Source of the DNA: an uncultured Candidatus Saccharibacteria bacterium | GTDB lineage: Bacteria; Patescibacteriota; Saccharimonadia; Saccharimonadales; CAIOMD01 | Reading direction: 5' to 3' | DNA: 28,896 bases | Assembly (NCBI GenBank): GCA_964616505.1 | Contig: CAZTUU010000002.1 | Coordinates: 14,009 to 42,904, forward strand | Shown here: in pieces, positions 24,330-28,896 of the stretch | Numbering within the stretch: the stretch's first letter is position 1 | Layout of the letters: the number at the start of each line of letters is the position of its first letter | The notes under the pieces: generated by a model | What the model was told of the DNA's origin: nothing | Database searches by the model: none | What the model saw: only the letters and a program-made list of their open reading frames with translations | Made by a program: the position numbers and the translations under genes

Positions 24330-27092
24330 TTAGCTACAACCCGTGGTTGAGCCGCAAGCGGTGCATACATAACAACTGCCGGCGCGCTGAGTTTGATTAC
24401 CACAGTTATAGCATAAAGGTGCAGTGGTGTCTTTGGCAACCCTTAAAGTTGATTTTGTAATATTTTCTCGATTTAAATTGGCAGCTGGCTGAATATTAGG
24501 AACCACGTCTTCTGCTTCTGTAGTGTTATCAAGCAAAGTCGTCTGTGTATCTGGCATATCATCTATGTCAGCAAGGCCAAGCTCTAGCCGATCGTCAAAA
24601 GATAAATAATCTAGTGCTAACCTACGTAAAATATAATCTGTTAAAGAGCTTGAAGTACGGATTTCTGGATCATCTGTCATGCCGGCAGGAGCAAAAGTGG
24701 TACCCTTTAGCGTTTTGACATAGCTTTTAAGAGGTACGCCATACTGCAATCCATGACTAACAGAAATCGCAAATGAGTCCATTAAACCAGATAAAGTAGA
24801 GCCTTGCTTAGCAACATTTATAAACAATTCGCCCGGAGTACCGTCTTCGAACTCGCTTACAGTAAAGAAACCTTTTAGATCAGACAGTCTAAATTCATAA
24901 GTCTTACTATTGCGACGCTTTGGTAATTCTCTACGAACAGTACTTTTTGCTGTATATGAATCTTGTGTTTGCAGCTTATCTGTAGTTTGCTTTGGATCAT
25001 CGGCTTGACCTTCTTTTTTAGCCATAGATAATGGCTGAGCAACTTTGCAATTATCACGATAAATAGCCACCGCTTTAATACCCATCTTCCAGGCATCTAT
25101 ATGAATTTGCTCTACATCTTCTACGGTTGCTTCTTCTGGCATGTTAACTGTTTTACTAATCGCGCCAGAAATAAATGGCTGTACAGCGGCCATCATTTTT
25201 ACATGACCCAAGTAATGTATAGAGTTATCGCCCATAGAGCACGCAAAAACTGGAAGATGTTCTGGTTTTAAATTAGGCGCGCCTACTATTGTTTTTTCTA
25301 CATCAATATATTCCACTATTTGATCCGTCTGAGTTTTTGTATAACCTAAAGTCCTTAAAGCACGAGGCACCGTTTGATTAACGAAACTCATAGTACCGCC
25401 GCCCACCAGTTTTTTTAGTTTAACTAAACCAAGGTCTGGCTCGAAACCGGTCGTGTCACAGTCCAGCATCAGCCCAATTGTAACTGTTGGAGCCAAGACA
25501 CTAGCCTGGCTATTTCGCACACCATTAATATCAGCAAGCTCTACTGCTTCATCCCAAGACGAAGCAGCCGCACTTAGTAAATCTTCTGGAACATAGTGAG
25601 CATTTATTTTACTAACTTCTGCACGATGCATTTTTAAAACTTTTAGCATGGCATCACGGTCTTTATGGAATCCAGCAAATGGACCAACTCTTTTGGCAAT
25701 TTTAGCACTAGTAGCATACGCCTGGCCTGTCATTAACGCTGTTATAGCACCGGCCTGGGCACGACCCTCGTCAGAATCATATGGTAGACCCTGAGCCATT
25801 AATAATGCTCCGATATTTGCATAGCCAAGTCCTAGCTCACGATAAGCTCGGGCATTCTTACCTATGCCCTCTGTTGGATAGCTAGAGTATCCTACCAAAA
25901 TTTCTTGAGCAGTAAATACTATATCTACAGTATGCTTAAAAGCTTCTATGTCAAAACTACCGTCTTTTTTAAGGTACTTAAGCAAGTTTATAGATGCTAA
26001 ATTACATGCAGAGTTATCTAGGTGCATATATTCACTACAAGGATTAGAGCCATTTATACGACCAGCATTAGGTGCGGTATGCCACTTATTAATTGTCGTA
26101 TCGTACTGCATTCCAGGATCAGCACACTCCCAAGCAGCCTGAGAAATTTGCCTAAACAGCTCCCGAGCCTTAACCGTTTTTACAGTTTCGCCAGTCTTGA
26201 TTGCTTTAAGATCCCAGTTTTTGTCGTCTTCTACAGCTTGCATAAAATCATCAGTTACACGTACCGAATTATTAGCATTTTGATACTGCACGCTAAAGTT
26301 ATCCTTACCATCTAAGCTCATATCAAAGCCATTCTCTTCTAAAACTCGAGCTTTTTTCTCTTCTAAGGCTTTGCACCAAATAAATTCTTCTATATCCGGA
26401 TGATCTACATTTAAAATAACCATTTTGGCAGCTCGTCGAGTTTTACCACCACTTTTTATAGTTCCTGCGCTCGCGTCAGCCCCACGCATAAAGCTAACTG
26501 GACCAGAAGCCTTTCCACCACTTGCGCCCAACCGCTCTAAGCTAGAGCGAATAGGGCTAAGGTTAACTCCCGATCCTGAACCACCCTTAAATATTGTGCC
26601 TTCTTCTACATACCAATTTAAGATTGAACCCATGGTGTCTTTAACACCTAAAATAAAGCAGGCACTAGCTTGCTGAGCACGACTTGATACGCCAATATTA
26701 AACCAAACAGGAGAATTAAAAGCTGCACGCTGGGTGGCTAAAATATATTTAAGCTCCTCTGTAAAAACTTCTGCTTCGGTTTCGTCAATAAAATAACCTT
26801 CTTGTAAACCATGCCTAGCAACAGTATTTACGATACGATTTATTAACGTTTTAAGAGAACTTTCTCTATCTTTTTGCCCGGGGGTACCGGCAAAATATTT
26901 TTGAGATACGATATTTATTGCATTTAGCGACCAATCTTCTGGAAACTCCACACCAAGTTGCTCAAAAACTGGCTTTGTAGTTAACGGGTTAACAATTACT
27001 GAGTCACTTTTTACCCAATTTATTTGATCATAAGCCTTTTTTCCGGTCTTTGTAAAATATCGGTTTAATCCGAGCTCTGCTGTTTGTGCCAT
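24330..27092 (-). CDS. nrdJ: Adenosylcobalamin-dependent (class II) ribonucleotide reductase with TSCPD domain and C-terminal Zn ribbon
   Basis: FNSPVWFN, QASACFI, GSNPCSEY (thiyl Cys), ACNLASINL, QPFISGAISKTVNMP, TSCPD-like PGELFI..AKQGS, terminal CYNC...CYVCTACGSTTGCS; no ATP cone and no nrdB partner. Confidence 0.95.
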   Translation of the reverse strand: MAQTAELGLNRYFTKTGKKAYDQINWVKSDSVIVNPLTTKPVFEQLGVEFPEDWSLNAINIVSQKYFAGTPGQKDRESSLKTLINRIVNTVARHGLQEGYFIDETEAEVFTEELKYILATQRAAFNSPVWFNIGVSSRAQQASACFILGVKDTMGSILNWYVEEGTIFKGGSGSGVNLSPIRSSLERLGASGGKASGPVSFMRGADASAGTIKSGGKTRRAAKMVILNVDHPDIEEFIWCKALEEKKARVLEENGFDMSLDGKDNFSVQYQNANNSVRVTDDFMQAVEDDKNWDLKAIKTGETVKTVKARELFRQISQAAWECADPGMQYDTTINKWHTAPNAGRINGSNPCSEYMHLDNSACNLASINLLKYLKKDGSFDIEAFKHTVDIVFTAQEILVGYSSYPTEGIGKNARAYRELGLGYANIGALLMAQGLPYDSDEGRAQAGAITALMTGQAYATSAKIAKRVGPFAGFHKDRDAMLKVLKMHRAEVSKINAHYVPEDLLSAAASSWDEAVELADINGVRNSQASVLAPTVTIGLMLDCDTTGFEPDLGLVKLKKLVGGGTMSFVNQTVPRALRTLGYTKTQTDQIVEYIDVEKTIVGAPNLKPEHLPVFACSMGDNSIHYLGHVKMMAAVQPFISGAISKTVNMPEEATVEDVEQIHIDAWKMGIKAVAIYRDNCKVAQPLSMAKKEGQADDPKQTTDKLQTQDSYTAKSTVRRELPKRRNSKTYEFRLSDLKGFFTVSEFEDGTPGELFINVAKQGSTLSGLMDSFAISVSHGLQYGVPLKSYVKTLKGTTFAPAGMTDDPEIRTSSSLTDYILRRLALDYLSFDDRLELGLADIDDMPDTQTTLLDNTTEAEDVVPNIQPAANLNRENITKSTLRVAKDTTAPLCYNCGNQTQRAGSCYVCTACGSTTGCS

Positions 27093-27272
27093 ATTTTTAC
27101 CCTCACTTTTTTAAATAATATTTTTTTATTGTTTATTTGAAGCTCGCTGATTAAAAATTTTGTTTAGTAACTGTCTCTCATAATTACTAATTAAATTTAC
27201 TTTAATCATTTAAGCGCGCTCTGCTCAAAAAGTTAATGCCTCACTAAGCAGAACGTACTTTACTTGCTTTTA

Positions 27273-27743
27273 TCAAGAGGAATCTTTGTTATTTTTTAAA
27301 CGAATTTTTACTAGTTCAGATTCAAAACCAGTGACATCACTAAATCTTCTATAGACACTTGCAAACCTTACATAGGCTACTTCAGAAAGTGGTGCCAAAC
27401 CTTCCATCACTAAATCTCCCACTTCTTTAGAATTAATTTCTGGCTCACCCATGTCATAAAGACCACTCTCTATGTTTGCTACGAGCGATTCTTGCTGCAT
27501 ACCAGTAACGGAAGTTTTCTCACAGGCTCGCTGTATACCAGCCAGTAGCTTAGATCTATCAAAAAGTTCCCTAGAACCGTCTTGCTTTATTACTATCAGC
27601 TGAGGACGCTCTAGACGCTCATACGTAGTAAACCGCGCCCTACAGTTACTACATTCACGTCTACGACGCGTTGATTCTCCGTCTGCAACATCACGAGATT
27701 CAATTACTTTAGTATCTTCGCATTGGCATTTATGACATTTCAT
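27273..27743 (-). CDS. nrdR: Transcriptional repressor NrdR
   Basis: MKCHKC..DTKVIESR, RRRRECSNC..RFTTYER, ATP cone KQDGSRELFDRSKL, VAYVRFASVYRRF. Confidence 0.98.
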   Translation of the reverse strand: MKCHKCQCEDTKVIESRDVADGESTRRRRECSNCRARFTTYERLERPQLIVIKQDGSRELFDRSKLLAGIQRACEKTSVTGMQQESLVANIESGLYDMGEPEINSKEVGDLVMEGLAPLSEVAYVRFASVYRRFSDVTGFESELVKIRLKNNKDSS

Positions 27744-27776
27744 TTAATATCCCCTTGATTGCTTTTAAACGTGCAA

Positions 27777-27832
27777 TCACTACATATAGTGTTCGTGATA
27801 GTTATGTTATACCCTTTATATAGCGTTTGCAA
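27777..27832 (-). promoter_or_regulatory. nrdR-nrdJ promoter with two NrdR boxes
   Basis: TCACTACATATAGTGT (27777-27792, 14/16 match to acaCwAtATaTwGtgt) and ACCCTTTATATAGCGT (27811-27826, 13/16); -35 TTGCAA (27827-27832) - 17 bp - TAACAT (27804-27809). Confidence 0.8.
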
Positions 27833-27887
27833 TAAAAAAGTGTCGTATAAATTAAAACGATTTTAGACAGTATAGCTGTTAAAAAGT

Positions 27888-28896
27888 CTACTCCTGGGAC
27901 GGAGTATCATCAGTATCTTTTTTACGGCGAGTTAAGCGGCGCAAAAAAGATGGTTTGTCTAATTTGTCCTCTTCTTTGCTAGCATCATCGGCATCAAAAG
28001 ACCAAATATTAGGAGCTGGAGATTCATCCTTAAAATCACTAGCAATTGCAGAATAGTCCTTATCGTCTTTACTCTCATACTTATTATCTACTATTTCATC
28101 ATTAGGTATTGTTTCTTGACTAGGAACTTCCACTACTTCTTCTATTTCAGTAACCTCTGGATCCTTAGGCCTGTCAATATCTTCTATTACTTCAACCTCA
28201 GCAACTATTTCTTGGATCGAAGAATCCTCTATTTTTGGCTTAACAGCAACATGACGATTAGCAAAATATGCTGTATCAAAACCAGTTGCAACTACAGTAA
28301 TGATTATCTCACCCTCTAGCTCTGGATTAATTGTAGCTCCAAAAATTATATTCGCGTCTGGATCAGCAGCGGCAGTAATTGCTTCGGCAGCAGCGTTAAT
28401 CTCATGCATAGACATATCATGCCCGCCAATAACATTAAATAAAATACCCCTAGCACCGTCTATAGATACCTCTAGTAGGGGCGATTCTATTGCTTGATGA
28501 GCCGCTTCCACAGCTCTATCATCACCGCTGGCTCGGCCAATGCCCATTAAAGCACTTCCCGCATTACTCATTACCGTTTTTACATCTGCAAAGTCAAGAT
28601 TAATTAAACCATGAACAGTAATAAGATCCGAGATACCCTGGACACCTTGACGCAAGACGTCATCTGCTACTTTAAAGGCTTCTAGAAGTGGAGTCTTACG
28701 ATCAATTGTTTGAAGTAAACGATCATTCGGTATCGTAATTAATGTATCAACATTACCCCGTAATTTATCAATTGCATATTCGGAATTTTTACGTCGTTTT
28801 TCTCCTTCAAAAGCAAAAGGTCTTGTAGCAAAGCCGACTACTAGCGCACCTTCATCCCTTGCTGCTTGGGCAACAACAAAACCCGCACCACTTCCC
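27888..28896 (-). CDS. ftsZ: Cell division protein FtsZ (5' partial; the frame stays open to the window edge, beyond the ORF-track start at 28655)
   Basis: Manual translation gives (G)[26 protein letters not shown], then [25 protein letters not shown]-like ITVVATGF, an acidic linker and the C-terminal peptide LDKPSFLRR. Confidence 0.98.
   Translation of the reverse strand, partial: GSGAGFVVAQAARDEGALVVGFATRPFAFEGEKRRKNSEYAIDKLRGNVDTLITIPNDRLLQTIDRKTPLLEAFKVADDVLRQGVQGISDLITVHGLINLDFADVKTVMSNAGSALMGIGRASGDDRAVEAAHQAIESPLLEVSIDGARGILFNVIGGHDMSMHEINAAAEAITAAADPDANIIFGATINPELEGEIIITVVATGFDTAYFANRHVAVKPKIEDSSIQEIVAEVEVIEDIDRPKDPEVTEIEEVVEVPSQETIPNDEIVDNKYESKDDKDYSAIASDFKDESPAPNIWSFDADDASKEEDKLDKPSFLRRLTRRKKDTDDTPSQE

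Noticed and set aside
27093-27272. Cobalamin riboswitch upstream of nrdJ
   Set aside because: No B12-box or core motifs (GGGAA, GCAACUG/CCCG) found by eye.
1508-28497. Short antisense or alternative-frame ORFs in the ORF track (e.g. 1508-1696, 2954-3334, 4177-4434, 5011-5304, 7897-8091, 10655-11525, 12363-12677, 13516-13851, 14155-14406, 17014-17604, 18311-18544, 19976-20227, 20419-20748, 22427-22795, 24875-26676, 28116-28497)
   Set aside because: All lie within or largely overlap well-supported genes and have no recognisable motifs; they are typical shadow ORFs.
1-28896. CRISPR arrays, IS elements, prophage, rRNA or tRNA genes
   Set aside because: No repeat-spacer arrays, transposase or integrase motifs, or cloverleaf patterns seen; the intergenic gaps are short and accounted for.

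Overview
Core-genome window from a compact, AT-rich bacterium using the standard genetic code (TGA acts as stop, Trp is TGG). Gene content and losses suggest a Patescibacteria/CPR lineage, probably Saccharibacteria-like; this is inference. It carries translation genes (rsmE, lysS, proS, frr, tsf, rpsB, rpmE, prfA, prmC, rplU, ileS), greA, envelope and protease genes (CPBP protease, rseP, uppS, processive GT2, htrA, LCP, lepB), parAB, an nrdR-nrdJ operon with tandem NrdR boxes, and the 3' part of ftsZ. I see no mobile elements, CRISPR, rRNA or tRNA. The main signals are regulatory: (1) an ileS T-box riboswitch with a canonical UGGUACC antiterminator but an apparently non-canonical expression platform; (2) several genes with a -10 box only 7-9 nt before an SD-less ATG (probable leaderless mRNAs); (3) structured leaders on greA, rpsB and rpmE. 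Also notable are an in-frame TAA inside rpmE, a cysteine-free thioredoxin-like ORF behind nrdJ, a CruF-like carotenoid-hydratase homolog, and a GT2 with divergent motifs. All calls come from manual motif recognition; no database searches were run.
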